NCBI GenBank assembly: GCA_030649945.1
Contig: JAUSFE010000104.1
Location: 6,004 to 70,003, forward strand
Source: Dehalococcoidia bacterium
GTDB lineage: Bacteria; Chloroflexota; Dehalococcoidia; SM23-28-2; RBG-16-64-32
Direction of reading: 5' to 3'
DNA length: 64,000 bases
Under the pieces are notes generated by a model, which saw only the letters and a list, made by a program, of their open reading frames with translations, did not search any database and was not told the origin of the DNA. Below, piece by piece: positions 31,130 to 41,384 of the stretch. The stretch's first letter is position 1. Each line of letters starts with the position of its first letter. The position numbers and the translations under genes are program-made.

Positions 31130-31217
31130 GAGGGCGGTCTGCCTCATAAGTTCGGTAACCCGCACTTTTGAGGCATCACGTGGCGATCCGCCCCGACGGG
31201 CGGGCGTCTGCCCGCGC

Positions 31218-32384
31218 TCACGGCTGCAGCGCCTCTGACTGGCCCGTGTCGTTCGTCTGCCGCACCAGTCCCGTGCCGTCCGCGTTCACGGTGTAGACGT
31301 CCCGCCGGCCGTCGTGGCCGTAGGAGAAGGCGAGGCGGGAGCCGTCCGGAGACCAGGCCGGCCAGGAGGTGAAGCCCTCGTCGCGCGTGATCCGGACCTG
31401 GCCCGTGCCGTCCGCGTTCGCCACGTAGACCTCCGTGTTGAAGTCCCGGTTGGAGATGAAGGCCAGGCGCGTCCCGTCCGGGGACCAGCTGGGCCAGATG
31501 TCCGCGCGCGGCGCCGACGTGACACGCGTGAGGAAGGAGAACTGCGTGTCCACGACGTAGACATCCGCACTGGCGTCCCGGTCGGAGACGAACGCCAGGC
31601 GGACGCCGTCCGGGGACCACGCGGGGTAGACATCGTCCAGCGGGCGCACGCTCAGGTTCACCTGCCGGGAGCCGTCCGCGTCCATAACGTAGATCTCGCC
31701 GTTACCGTCGCGGTTGGACTCGAAAGCGATGCGCGTGCCGTCCGGGGACCAGCTGGCGGAGAAGTCGTGGCCCGGCCCGCGGGTCAGCCGCTTGACGTTA
31801 CCGCCGTCGCCGTCCATCACGAAGAGGTCCAGGTCGCCGCCGCGCGCAGAGCCGAAGGCGATGCGTGTGCCGTCCGGCGACCAGGAGTAGGGGATATCGA
31901 TCCCCCGCTCGTGAGTCAGGCGGCGGACGTCGCTCCCGTCCGCGTTCATCGTGTAGACCTCGCCGTCGCCGTCCCTCTCGGAGTAGAAGGCGATGCGGGC
32001 GCCGTCCGGGGACCAGATGGGGAAGGCGTCGGGCCGGGGGTCGTCGGTGAGCCGCACCGGCCCAGAGCCACCCAGCAGCATCACGTAGATGTCCACGTTG
32101 TCGTCGCGGTCCCGGATGTTGAAGTTGCGGTCCGAGTAGAAGGCCAGGCGAGTGCCGTCCGGGGACCAGACGGGGGCGCTGTCCCAGCGCAGGCTCTGCG
32201 TCAGGGGGTAGGGCCGGCTGTTGCCGGTGTTCGGTATGCGGATCTCGTACTCGCCGTCGCGCCGCGGCAGGAAGATCAACCTCGTGGGCGCGCCTCCGGC
32301 GCCCCCGCAGCCCAGGACAGCGAGCAGGCCTGCCAAAGCCAGCAGGAGCAGGCCGGCGCGGACGGCCCGGAGCGCGGTGGTCAT
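31218..32384 (-). CDS. TolB-like PD40-repeat lipoprotein
   Basis: Lipobox-like VLGC, 7 WSPDG repeats. Confidence 0.88.
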   Translation of the reverse strand: MTTALRAVRAGLLLLALAGLLAVLGCGGAGGAPTRLIFLPRRDGEYEIRIPNTGNSRPYPLTQSLRWDSAPVWSPDGTRLAFYSDRNFNIRDRDDNVDIYVMLLGGSGPVRLTDDPRPDAFPIWSPDGARIAFYSERDGDGEVYTMNADGSDVRRLTHERGIDIPYSWSPDGTRIAFGSARGGDLDLFVMDGDGGNVKRLTRGPGHDFSASWSPDGTRIAFESNRDGNGEIYVMDADGSRQVNLSVRPLDDVYPAWSPDGVRLAFVSDRDASADVYVVDTQFSFLTRVTSAPRADIWPSWSPDGTRLAFISNRDFNTEVYVANADGTGQVRITRDEGFTSWPAWSPDGSRLAFSYGHDGRRDVYTVNADGTGLVRQTNDTGQSEALQP

Positions 32385-34270
32385 CACCGCGGCCGCCATA
32401 CGGGGTCCGAATCCGCGGCCGGGTCGTTGGTGAGCCGCGTCAGGCCGGAGCCGTCGGGGTTGACGGCGTAGATCTCCTGGCTGCCGTCCCGGTCCGACAC
32501 AAACGCCAGCCGCGAGCCGTCTGACGACCACCGCGGCGTCGTCTCCCCGGCGGGGGACTGCGTCAGGTTCGTTAGCGCGCTGCCGTCCGCGTTGACCAGG
32601 TACACCTCGCTGTTCCCGTCGCGATCGGAGTTGAAGGCGATGCGCGCGCCGTCCGGCGACGAGGCCGGCGAGGAGTCCCTGCCGGGGCCGTCCGTGACCC
32701 GGACGAGGCCGGTGCCGTCCACGTTGATCAGGTACACGTCGCGGCTCCCGTCCCGCTCGGACTCGAAGGCCAGCCGCGCGCCGTCGGGAGACCAGACGGG
32801 GTCCTCGTCCGGGCCGGGGCTGTCCGTCAGCCGCCGGAGCCCGCCGCCGTCCGGCCGCATCACGTAGACGTCGCTGTCCCCGTCGCGCTCCGACGCGAAG
32901 GCGATGAGCGCGCCGTCGGGCGACCAGGCGGCCGCGTAGTCCCGTCCCCGCGATTCCGTCAGCCGCCTCACCTCCGTGCCGTCCGCCGTCATGACGTACA
33001 GCTCCGGGAAGCGGTCGCGCTCGGACTCGAAGACGATCTGCGCCCCGTCCGGCGACCAGCGGGGGTGGTTGTCCGGCACCCGGTTGCTGGTCAGCCGCAC
33101 CAGGTTAGAGCCGTCCGCGTCCATGACGTATATCTCGTCATTGCCGTCACGGTTGCTCTGGAAGGCCAGGCGGACGCCGTCGGGCGACCAGGCGGGAGAC
33201 TGGTCCACGGACGGCCTGTCTGTGAGGCGGGTCAGGGGGGAACCGTTGGCGTCCACGATCTCCACCGTCAGCCGCCCGCTCTGGTTGGAAGAGAAGGCGA
33301 TGCGCAGACCGTCCGGCGACCACGCCGGCGCGAACAACGCGGACGACTTGCGCGTGGCCAATTGCGCTGCCCCGGAGCCGTCCAGATTCATCTTGTAGAT
33401 ATCGCGGCGGCCGTCCCGGTCCGAGTAGAAGACGATGCGCGAGCCATCCGGCGACCAGTCCGGATCTCCGTCCGCAGACGGGTCGTTGGTTAGCTGTGTG
33501 AGCCCCGTGCCGTCCACGTTGATGGTGAAGATGTCAGTGTTGCCGGCGCGGTCGGAGGCGAAGGCGATGGTGGAGCCGTCCGGCGACCAGGCCGGCTCCA
33601 CATCCGCGGCCGGACTGTCTACAAGACGCACCGGGTCGGAGCCGTCTGCGTTCATGAGGTAGATGTCCAGGTTGCCGTCCCGGGTGGACTCGAAGGCGAT
33701 GCGCGAGCCGTCCGGCGACCAGTCCGGGAAGCTGTCCGCCGCGGCGTTGTCTGTGAGCCGGGTCTCGCCGGAGCCATCGGTGTTAGTCAGGTAGATATCG
33801 GTGTTGCCATCGCGCTCGGAGACGAAGGCGATGCGCTTCCCGTCCGGTGACCACGCCGGCAGGCTGTCCAGACCGGGGTTAGCGGTGAGACGGACCTGGC
33901 TGGAGCCATCCGAGTTCATGGTGTAGATGTCCGCGTCCCCCTCACGGGCGGAGCCAAAGGCGATGCGCGCGCCGTCCGGGGACCAACTGGCATAGCCGTT
34001 GGTAAAGCCGGTTCTGCCGGAGAGGCTCGTGACGCCGTAGCCGAACTCGCTCACGGTGTAGATCTGCGTTCGCACCTGCCCAGCGGACACGTAAGCCAGG
34101 AAGTCCGCCCCCGCGCGCGTGGGAGTGGGCTGCGGCGTGCCCGCCTGGATCGGCTCGCCGCTCTCTTCCCCGCAGGCCGCCGCCGTCAACGCAAGCACGA
34201 CGAGCAGCAGACACGCTGCGGCCGGGGCGGCGGCTCGTGAGGCGGGCCTGGTCAGGGACAGGGAAGACAA
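32384..34270 (-). CDS. TolB-like PD40-repeat lipoprotein (double propeller)
   Basis: AAAC lipobox, about 12 WSPDG-type repeats. Confidence 0.9.
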   Translation of the reverse strand: MSSLSLTRPASRAAAPAAACLLLVVLALTAAACGEESGEPIQAGTPQPTPTRAGADFLAYVSAGQVRTQIYTVSEFGYGVTSLSGRTGFTNGYASWSPDGARIAFGSAREGDADIYTMNSDGSSQVRLTANPGLDSLPAWSPDGKRIAFVSERDGNTDIYLTNTDGSGETRLTDNAAADSFPDWSPDGSRIAFESTRDGNLDIYLMNADGSDPVRLVDSPAADVEPAWSPDGSTIAFASDRAGNTDIFTINVDGTGLTQLTNDPSADGDPDWSPDGSRIVFYSDRDGRRDIYKMNLDGSGAAQLATRKSSALFAPAWSPDGLRIAFSSNQSGRLTVEIVDANGSPLTRLTDRPSVDQSPAWSPDGVRLAFQSNRDGNDEIYVMDADGSNLVRLTSNRVPDNHPRWSPDGAQIVFESERDRFPELYVMTADGTEVRRLTESRGRDYAAAWSPDGALIAFASERDGDSDVYVMRPDGGGLRRLTDSPGPDEDPVWSPDGARLAFESERDGSRDVYLINVDGTGLVRVTDGPGRDSSPASSPDGARIAFNSDRDGNSEVYLVNADGSALTNLTQSPAGETTPRWSSDGSRLAFVSDRDGSQEIYAVNPDGSGLTRLTNDPAADSDPVWRPR

Positions 34271-34389
34271 GAGTCGCTAGCGATTCTTAGTCCGGCGTAG
34301 TCTTCTGTCAACTTTCGTCCAAACGGCCCGCTTTCTCATTGCAGGCTAACTCGTTCGGGACGTAAACTACAATCCCACGGTACCTCTTC

Positions 34390-35517
34390 ATGCTACTGGT
34401 CGCCCGGAAGAACCTGTTCTCGGAGAGGACGCGGCTCGCCATCTCAGTCGGCGGCGTCGCCCTCTCCGTTTTCCTCATCGGCATCCTGCTCTCGCTCTTC
34501 CGCGGCTGGAGCCAGCAGGTGGGTAGCTTTGTGGAAGACGTCCCTGCTGACCTGTGGGTGACCAGCGACGGCACGACGGACTTCGTCACCGCCGCGTCTA
34601 TCGTGCCGGAGAGCCTGGCCACGCAACTCGCCTTCGTCCCGGAAATAAAGACGGTGAGCTCGCTCATAGTGCGGCCCATGGCGATGTACCGGGCAGGCGA
34701 CGATCCCAGGCACACGTTTGACGTCCAGTTCGTCGGCTACGACCCGGCGGTCGGCCTGGGGGGCCCGCTCCGCATCGTGGGCGGCAAGAGTCCGCCCGGC
34801 CCGGACGAGATCATCGTGGACAGGGAGATGAGCAGGCGCCACGGAGTGATGATAGGCGACAGCCTGGTGCGGGGCACCAAAGCCGTGACCGTGGTGGGCT
34901 ACTCCAGCGGCGGCGATTTTGTCTACACGCAGGTGGCGTTCGTCACCATCCCCACCGCCATCGATTTCCTGGACCTGGAGCCGAAGGACCAGCGCACGTT
35001 CTTGCTCCTCAAGCTGGAGAACCCGGCGAACCGGGAGAACGTGGCCCTGCGGCTGGAGCTCACCATCCCGGGCGTGCACGTGATGAGCGGCGAGGAGTTT
35101 GCCCAGGAGACCCGGGATCGCATCCTGGGCCAAATCCTGCCCATCCTCATCGTGGTGCTCATCGTCGCCTTCGTCGTGGGCCTGGCCGTCGCCGGGCTGA
35201 CGATTTACACTGCCACCGTCGAGAAGTCGCGAGAATATGGCATCCTGAAGGCGGAGGGGTTCACGAACTCGTTCCTGTACCGCGTCGTCTTTGAGCAGAG
35301 TTTGATTACGGGGTTGCTGGGGTTCCTGGTGGGCGCGGGCCTCACCGTGCTGGTAGCGCCCATCGCCCAGGACAACGTGCCGCAGTTCGTGGTCTTCATT
35401 CGCTGGCAGGACATCCTGGCGATAGCGGGCGTCACCCTCCTCATGGCCCTGATCGCGGCGTACATCCCCATCCGGCGCATGGCGAGCATTGACCCTGTCA
35501 CAGTCTTCAAAGGCTAG
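34390..35517 (+). CDS. MacB/FtsX-family ABC transporter permease
   Basis: N-terminal TM, large extracytoplasmic loop, REYGILKA, three C-terminal TMs. Confidence 0.9.
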   Translation: MLLVARKNLFSERTRLAISVGGVALSVFLIGILLSLFRGWSQQVGSFVEDVPADLWVTSDGTTDFVTAASIVPESLATQLAFVPEIKTVSSLIVRPMAMYRAGDDPRHTFDVQFVGYDPAVGLGGPLRIVGGKSPPGPDEIIVDREMSRRHGVMIGDSLVRGTKAVTVVGYSSGGDFVYTQVAFVTIPTAIDFLDLEPKDQRTFLLLKLENPANRENVALRLELTIPGVHVMSGEEFAQETRDRILGQILPILIVVLIVAFVVGLAVAGLTIYTATVEKSREYGILKAEGFTNSFLYRVVFEQSLITGLLGFLVGAGLTVLVAPIAQDNVPQFVVFIRWQDILAIAGVTLLMALIAAYIPIRRMASIDPVTVFKG

Positions 35518-36222
35518 GTGCCTTCGCGCGTGAGTGATTGCAGTCTGGTCCTGAACCTGGAGGGCGTCAGCAAGGTCTACCGCTCCGGCGAGTTCAGCGT
35601 GAGGGCCCTGGACAAGGTGAGTCTGCAGGCCCACGCCGGCGAGATGATCACCATCATGGGTCCGTCCGGCTCCGGTAAGACCACCTTGCTAACGATCGCC
35701 GGCGCCCTGCTCCGCCCAACCGAGGGACGCGTGAGCATCTGCGGCGTAGACGTCACGGAGATGGACCAGGGACGGCTAGCCGCCATTCGCCGCACCAAGG
35801 TGGGGTTCATCTATCAGAGCTTTAACCTGCTGGAGGCGCTCTCAGCCGTGGAGAACGTGCGGCTGGTCATCCACAACGGCTCGCGGGCCGGCGCCGCGCA
35901 GGCGATGGCCCGGGCCATGGACCTTCTGGAGGTCTTCGGGCTCAGCCACCGCATGCACTCGCTGCCGCGCAAGATGAGCGACGGCGAAAAGCAGCGCGTC
36001 GCCATCGCGCGGGCCCTGGCCAAGGACGCCGATCTCATCCTGGCGGACGAGCCGACCGCCAACCTGGACGCCAAGCGTGGGCAGGAGGTCATGGCCCTTC
36101 TGCGTGAGAAAGCGCTGGAGCTCAGGCGCGCCGTCATCGTCGTCTCGCACGATGAGCGCATCCGCCAGTTCGCCCAGCGCGTTGTCTGGCTGGAAGACGG
36201 CCGCCTGCGCGACCACCACTAG
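35518..36222 (+). CDS. ABC transporter ATP-binding protein (LolD-like)
   Basis: GPSGSGKT, ILADEPT, SHD; signature MSDGE. Confidence 0.92.
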   Translation: MPSRVSDCSLVLNLEGVSKVYRSGEFSVRALDKVSLQAHAGEMITIMGPSGSGKTTLLTIAGALLRPTEGRVSICGVDVTEMDQGRLAAIRRTKVGFIYQSFNLLEALSAVENVRLVIHNGSRAGAAQAMARAMDLLEVFGLSHRMHSLPRKMSDGEKQRVAIARALAKDADLILADEPTANLDAKRGQEVMALLREKALELRRAVIVVSHDERIRQFAQRVVWLEDGRLRDHH

Positions 36223-36260
36223 GCGCCCGCGCTCCCATCTCTGCACCGGCGGCCGCCCCC

Positions 36261-36284
36261 GTAGGACAGGCCTTCAGCCTGTCC
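36261..36284. repeat. GTAG-type REP hairpin
   Basis: GTAGGACAGGCCTTCAGCCTGTCC. Confidence 0.6.
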
Positions 36285-36308
36285 CGACCCCCCGCGTGCC
36301 GAAGTCAT

Positions 36309-36352
36309 GTCGGGCAAAACCCGTCGGGAAAGCCGGACAGACCCCGACAGAC
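36309..36352. promoter_or_regulatory. Candidate NarL/LuxR-type operator
   Basis: GTCGGGCAAAACCCGTC plus CCSGACAGAC half-sites, shared with six other upstream regions. Confidence 0.6.
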
Positions 36353-36557
36353 CGTAGCGGTGGGCCGCATTAACGTCGGTTTCGACGCCCGCGGACGGCG
36401 CTCCGGGAACGGAGTGACGGACGGAATAGCGAGCGGCAATTGCCTGGCAAGAGTCCCCTCGCCCTGCCCTCGCCTTCCCCTTAGTGTCTCTAACCAGATA
36501 CCCTAGATGGTGACGGCGAAAACTCATCCAGATTGGCATCAAAAGGAGAACGTACAT

Positions 36558-36989
36558 ATGACGAGCTCTCGCAAGCGGATCCCGGGTTTCCTCTTATTGC
36601 CCATCGCGGCCCTTTCAGCCGTGGCCGTTCTGGCCGCTGCCTGTGGCGGCGGCGACGAGGAGACGACCCCGCCCACGACGGCGGCCGCCGCCGCTGCATT
36701 CGACATCTCCCTGGGCGACAACTTCTTCGACCCCAAGACGTTTACGGTGAAGGCCGGCCAGGAAGTAAAGTTCACTATTAAGAACAACGGCGTGGCCATT
36801 CACAACATGCGCTTCGCCGGCGATGACAACACCTTCGACAACGCGGACGACGTTGTCTCCAAAGATGTGATCATCAAGGCAGGGCAGAGCTCGGAGCTGG
36901 AGATGAAGGCGCCGGCAAAGGCCGGCACGTATAACTTGAAATGCGACTTCCACCCCGTGGAGAGCACGGGCACGATCACCGTCAAGTAG
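36558..36989 (+). CDS. Cupredoxin lipoprotein
   Basis: LAAAC lipobox, IHNM...CDFHP; AAGGAG RBS. Confidence 0.88.
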   Translation: MTSSRKRIPGFLLLPIAALSAVAVLAAACGGGDEETTPPTTAAAAAAFDISLGDNFFDPKTFTVKAGQEVKFTIKNNGVAIHNMRFAGDDNTFDNADDVVSKDVIIKAGQSSELEMKAPAKAGTYNLKCDFHPVESTGTITVK

Positions 36990-37020
36990 ACCCCAGAACG
37001 AACGCTCGGCGGCTTGGCGG

Positions 37021-37050
37021 GGCGCCCCGGCTCATGAACCGGGGCGCCCG
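37021..37050. terminator. Hairpin between convergent genes
   Basis: GGGCGCCCCGG-N8-CCGGGGCGCCC. Confidence 0.5.
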
Positions 37051-37054
37051 CGCG

Positions 37055-38389
37055 TTAGCGTGTGCCGGCCGCCGGGGCGGGGCCCAGCAGGGTCCCGAGC
37101 GCGGCGGCGGTCCACCGGCCCGCGCACTGCAGCGCGAACCCCAAAAGGAAGGAGGGCACCGCCGCTCCCAGCCATGTGGCTTCATCGCCCAGCGGGAAGG
37201 GCAGCCCCAGGGCATCGCCAAAGGCCGCGTCCCCGGCGTCGCGCCACCAGCCGATGTCGGCCGGCGTTATCCACTGGTACAGGACGAAACCGCAGACCCA
37301 CGCCAGCCACGGCGCCCAACCGAAGGGCCTGCCGGCCCCGGCGCTCTCCAGCAGGCGGTCCGCGATCAGCACGCCGAAGAGCGGCACGAACGCCGAGCCC
37401 AGCAGCAGTACCGACGGCTCGAAGTCCAGGAAGTCGAACGGCACAGCCAGCGCGATCGTGATGGCGGCCACCCCAACGGCGATCTTGCGGCGGTCCAGGC
37501 GGACCAGCGACCCTGCCGCCAGCGACGCCGAGTAGCCGTTCGCGAAGACCTCGTCCAGTTGTAGCACCGCCAGCAGCACGAGGGCGCCGACACCCATCTT
37601 CATGCCCACCACGAATCCGGCCACGTCCCCGCTTTCCACCGCGGGCAGATAGATGATGCCCAGCACGCCCAGCCAGACAGTGCCCACGAACAGTCCGGCG
37701 AAGCTGCCGGCGGCGGCGCTGCCCGCGCTCTTGCCAAAGCGCGCGTAGTCGGCCACCAGCGGCAGCCAGAGGAGCGGCGCCACGAGCATTATGTCGACCG
37801 CCTGCCAGAAGGAAGGCCAGCCGCCTGCGGCCGGGCGCTTGAGATAGGCGGGGACCTCGAACTCCATGTAAGCGGAAAGAGCGATGACGGTCGCGATGAG
37901 CAGGACCAGCCAGACGCCGCCGCGCCGCAGCAGCCTGCGCACGACGAAGTCCCGCCCGGCCAGCAGCAACGCCAGCCCCAGGAGCCCGAAGGCGATCACC
38001 CAGAGTGGCCGCAGCCCGGCCCCCAGGGCGCGCTCGCTGACCAGCGCGGCGGCGCCCGCGATGAGCGAGAGCGCCAGCCCGCCGAAGACCACGTTCCTCA
38101 CCAGGAGCAGCGCCGCCAGCACCGGCGAGGCCCGCTCGCCGAACAGCCCCGCCAGCAGGCCGGCCGTCGAGAGGCCGCTGCGAGCGGCCAGGCTGGCCAC
38201 CGCGGCCACGAGCAGCGCGGCGATGAACGCGGCGGTCACGGTGGCCAGGACGGCGCGCTCGATGCTCAGCGCCGGTACCAGCAGCGAGCCGAACGGCATG
38301 AGGTACAGGCTCACGCCCAGCGTGGCCCAGAGCGCGAAGTGGTCAAGGAAGCGGAAGGTCCTCTCTGCCGGCGCCGTCTCGGCCGTCAC
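37055..38389 (-). CDS. NCS1/cytosine-permease family transporter (CytX-like)
   Basis: About 12 TM, WLPLVADYARF, FVPLFGVLIAD; GTGA overlap with the alpha-1 stop. Confidence 0.82.
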   Translation of the reverse strand: MTAETAPAERTFRFLDHFALWATLGVSLYLMPFGSLLVPALSIERAVLATVTAAFIAALLVAAVASLAARSGLSTAGLLAGLFGERASPVLAALLLVRNVVFGGLALSLIAGAAALVSERALGAGLRPLWVIAFGLLGLALLLAGRDFVVRRLLRRGGVWLVLLIATVIALSAYMEFEVPAYLKRPAAGGWPSFWQAVDIMLVAPLLWLPLVADYARFGKSAGSAAAGSFAGLFVGTVWLGVLGIIYLPAVESGDVAGFVVGMKMGVGALVLLAVLQLDEVFANGYSASLAAGSLVRLDRRKIAVGVAAITIALAVPFDFLDFEPSVLLLGSAFVPLFGVLIADRLLESAGAGRPFGWAPWLAWVCGFVLYQWITPADIGWWRDAGDAAFGDALGLPFPLGDEATWLGAAVPSFLLGFALQCAGRWTAAALGTLLGPAPAAGTR

Positions 38390-41376
38390 ACCATCTTCTC
38401 CACTTCCACCGGGATCGCCCTGTCCACCTGCTGCTGCACCCAGTTCATCGGGTAGTAATTGAGATGCCCGTAGCCTCCCGCCAGGTGCAGCCACTTGATC
38501 ATGCCCGGGATGATGATGTCGTAGGACTTCCAGTTGCGGTGCTGGTAGGGCTCCCAGGCGTGGTAGACGATCACCTGCCCCGGCCGCGCCGCCGACGAGA
38601 GCTTCGTGTGGATGAAGAACTCGTCGAAGTCATTATGGACGCGCACCTCTTCCCCATCCGCGATGCCGCGAGCCTCCGCATCCCCCGGGTTCATGATGAT
38701 CAGGGGGTGACCACGATGGGTGCGCAACAGCGTCTCGTTGACGACGTTGATGGAGTGGATGCTCCAGCGCTGGTGGCCGCTGGTCATCGTCAGCGCGTAA
38801 TCGCCGCCCATGCGCGGGTTCGGCTTGTGCACGGGCAGCTCTTCTCCCGCCTCCAGGAACCACTCGTGGTCGATGTAGAACTGGATGCGCCGCGTCATCG
38901 TCGGATACGGCACCTTGCGCTCCACGTGCCAGCGCAGCGGCGAAATCGTCTCGTCCGGCTTGATGTCGGTCGCCAGCGCCAGCCCCAGGGCGTCCGCGCC
39001 CAGGCCGGTGAAGCGGATGATCCCCTTCTCGCGCACCTTCTTCAGGTCCGTCTTCTCCGGCAGCGCGCCCACTCGCACCGTGTCCTTCACTATCTCCTCG
39101 GCCAGCTTCTCCCCGTCCCGCTCCTTGATCGCTCCGTGCATCGTGAACACGTCGTAGACGTCTCGCAGCCGGTAGGCCCGGCCGCCGTCGTCGGAGTACT
39201 CATCGATGCCGCGCTCCGTGGCGCGCTGCTGGAGCTTCGCTGCCAGCAGCGCGAATATCTCCCACACCGGCTTCGCCTCGCCCACCGGCTCCACGGCCTT
39301 GTCCGTGAAGGTCAGGAAGTTGATGTGCGCCGTGGGGAAGCGGAAGTCCACCTTCTCGTAGAAGCCGGCCGCCGGCAGGACGATGTCGGAGAAGTAGGCG
39401 GTGGTGCTCATGCGCAGATCGCAGGAGACGATGAGCTTGAACTTGGGCCAGACCTCATTCAGGAGCTGCTTGAAGCCGCCGCGCGTACGCCGGAGGGTAG
39501 ACCCGGCGACGCCCAGGTACACCCGCGGAGGCTTGTCCGGCGCGGGCCTCACGAGGCCGTCCCACCAGCCACGGTCCATCGCCTCCTGCATGTACTCATC
39601 GAAGGTGCGCTTCATCTCCGGATCGTTCCACTCGGGCCGGTTCCAGACCTCCTTGTAGCCCGCGTGGTGGTACCAGTAGAAAGCGGGCGGCACCATTAGC
39701 GGCGTAGCGGGCATGTCCGTGACGGTCTTGCCCCGCACCTCTTCCTGCACCGTCCCGATGGCCACCATCTCCTCGGTGAGCGTGTCGTCCTCGTCAAGGA
39801 GCCGCTTCTCCACCTTGCGGGCCTTGCGGGCGAACTGGAGGAACCCCTCCAGCCCGGGCCGCGTTTTGAGGAGGCCGCTGGGGACCAACTGGGCGCTGTT
39901 CCAGCCGCGCATGCCTGTCCCCTTGCGCCCGAAGTTGCCTGTAAGAGCCATGACCAGGGCCATCGCCCGCTCCATGAGGTCGCCATGGTAGTACTTGTTC
40001 ACGTTGAACCCCTGGAGCATGTGCACGGCCTTCGCCGCGGCCACTTGCTTCGCCAGTCGCCTGATGATCATCGGTTGCACGCCGGTAATCTTCGACGCCG
40101 CCTCCGGCGTGTACGCCTGCAGGAGGGCCACTAGATCCTCGAACGCGGGCCTCACCCGCACCTCCGAACCGTCCGCCAGCTTGACGGGCGCGTCCCCCCG
40201 GAGCGCCGGCGTTGCGCCGCCCAGGTCCAGCGTCCTCCGCGACGCCTTGAGCACGGCGCCGGTTTTCTCGTCCAGGAAGTAGAACTGGTCGTCGCGGCCG
40301 CCGGCCTCCAGGTCGCTCTCCCGCAGGAAGCGCCGGTTGTCCTGACGCACCAGGAGCCCCAGGTCCGTCTGCTCGCGGACGAACGCCTCGTTAACCTTGC
40401 CCTCATCGATGATGACTTTGCACATGGCCAGCGCCAGCGCCGCGTCGGTCCCGGGCTCTATCGGCACGTACAGGTCGGCGTGGATGGACGAGGCGTTGTA
40501 GTCCGGCGCGATGGACACCACTTCGGCGCCGTGGTAGCGCGCTTCCCAGATGAAATGCGCCGAAGGGATACGCGTGTACAGTGGGTTCATGTGCCAGATC
40601 AGCAGCAGGTCTGCATGGAACCAGTCGTCGATGGAAGACACGAACTGGAACTTGCCAAACGTCTGGTACAGGCCGACGTTGAAGTCGGAGGTGAGGCCGT
40701 TGGAGTCCAGCGTCGTCCCACCGATGAGCCGCATCAGGCGCCAGGCGGGGGAAGTTCCGTTGACAGTGCCGCCCTCGCCGGAACCGAACTCGTAGATCAC
40801 CGTCTCCGGCCCCGATTCCTTGATGGCGTCCAGCATGGCGTCCGCGACATCGGTCAGAGCCTGGTCCCAGGTGATGCGCTCCCAATTGCCCTCGCCGCGC
40901 TCTCCGGTGCGCCTCAGCGGGTACTTCAGGCGCTCCGCCCCGTACATCACGCGGCTGAAGCAGGCGCCCTTCTGGCAGCCCCGCGGGTTCATGTCTGGCA
41001 CGCCGTCTTCAATGTGCGGGTAGACGGCGGATTGCTCCTCGCGCCAGACGATGCCGTCCTTTGTGTAGACGTGGAATGAGCAGCCTCCCGGGTAGCAGTC
41101 CACAAGGTGCGTGCCCCAGGTGACCTTGTCCCACGTCCACTTCTTGCGGTAAAGGTCCTCCCAGCCGGTGTAGGCGTAGTAGCGGTAGACCTCGTCCTCG
41201 GCCGTGGTCTGGGCCAGGCGGAAGCCCAGCCGCGTGAGGCTGAGGCCTACGACAGTGCCGCCGACGCCTTTCAGGAAGGTGCGGCGGGATACGGGACGCA
41301 GGGCATCACCGCCGTTCCCCGCGCCGGCCGCGCGCGCCCGGGCTGCCCGCGGGCGGACGCCCGCCCGTCTGGGCAC
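38386..41376 (-). CDS. EbdA/S25DH-like molybdopterin oxidoreductase alpha subunit 1 (Tat signal)
   Basis: SRRTFLK Tat motif, HLVDCYPGGC...GCQKG FS0 motif, KYYHGDLMER, HQRWSIHS; start uncertain. Confidence 0.93.
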   Translation of the reverse strand: MPRRAGVRPRAARARAAGAGNGGDALRPVSRRTFLKGVGGTVVGLSLTRLGFRLAQTTAEDEVYRYYAYTGWEDLYRKKWTWDKVTWGTHLVDCYPGGCSFHVYTKDGIVWREEQSAVYPHIEDGVPDMNPRGCQKGACFSRVMYGAERLKYPLRRTGERGEGNWERITWDQALTDVADAMLDAIKESGPETVIYEFGSGEGGTVNGTSPAWRLMRLIGGTTLDSNGLTSDFNVGLYQTFGKFQFVSSIDDWFHADLLLIWHMNPLYTRIPSAHFIWEARYHGAEVVSIAPDYNASSIHADLYVPIEPGTDAALALAMCKVIIDEGKVNEAFVREQTDLGLLVRQDNRRFLRESDLEAGGRDDQFYFLDEKTGAVLKASRRTLDLGGATPALRGDAPVKLADGSEVRVRPAFEDLVALLQAYTPEAASKITGVQPMIIRRLAKQVAAAKAVHMLQGFNVNKYYHGDLMERAMALVMALTGNFGRKGTGMRGWNSAQLVPSGLLKTRPGLEGFLQFARKARKVEKRLLDEDDTLTEEMVAIGTVQEEVRGKTVTDMPATPLMVPPAFYWYHHAGYKEVWNRPEWNDPEMKRTFDEYMQEAMDRGWWDGLVRPAPDKPPRVYLGVAGSTLRRTRGGFKQLLNEVWPKFKLIVSCDLRMSTTAYFSDIVLPAAGFYEKVDFRFPTAHINFLTFTDKAVEPVGEAKPVWEIFALLAAKLQQRATERGIDEYSDDGGRAYRLRDVYDVFTMHGAIKERDGEKLAEEIVKDTVRVGALPEKTDLKKVREKGIIRFTGLGADALGLALATDIKPDETISPLRWHVERKVPYPTMTRRIQFYIDHEWFLEAGEELPVHKPNPRMGGDYALTMTSGHQRWSIHSINVVNETLLRTHRGHPLIIMNPGDAEARGIADGEEVRVHNDFDEFFIHTKLSSAARPGQVIVYHAWEPYQHRNWKSYDIIIPGMIKWLHLAGGYGHLNYYPMNWVQQQVDRAIPVEVEKMV

Positions 41377-41384
41377 AGGCGGAC

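Noticed and set aside
31218..34270. Regular ~130-bp periodic DNA repeats (CCGTCCGGCGACCA) resembling a CRISPR or other array
   Set aside because: They are the coding WSPDG (PD40) repeats: degenerate, in frame, and with no cas genes
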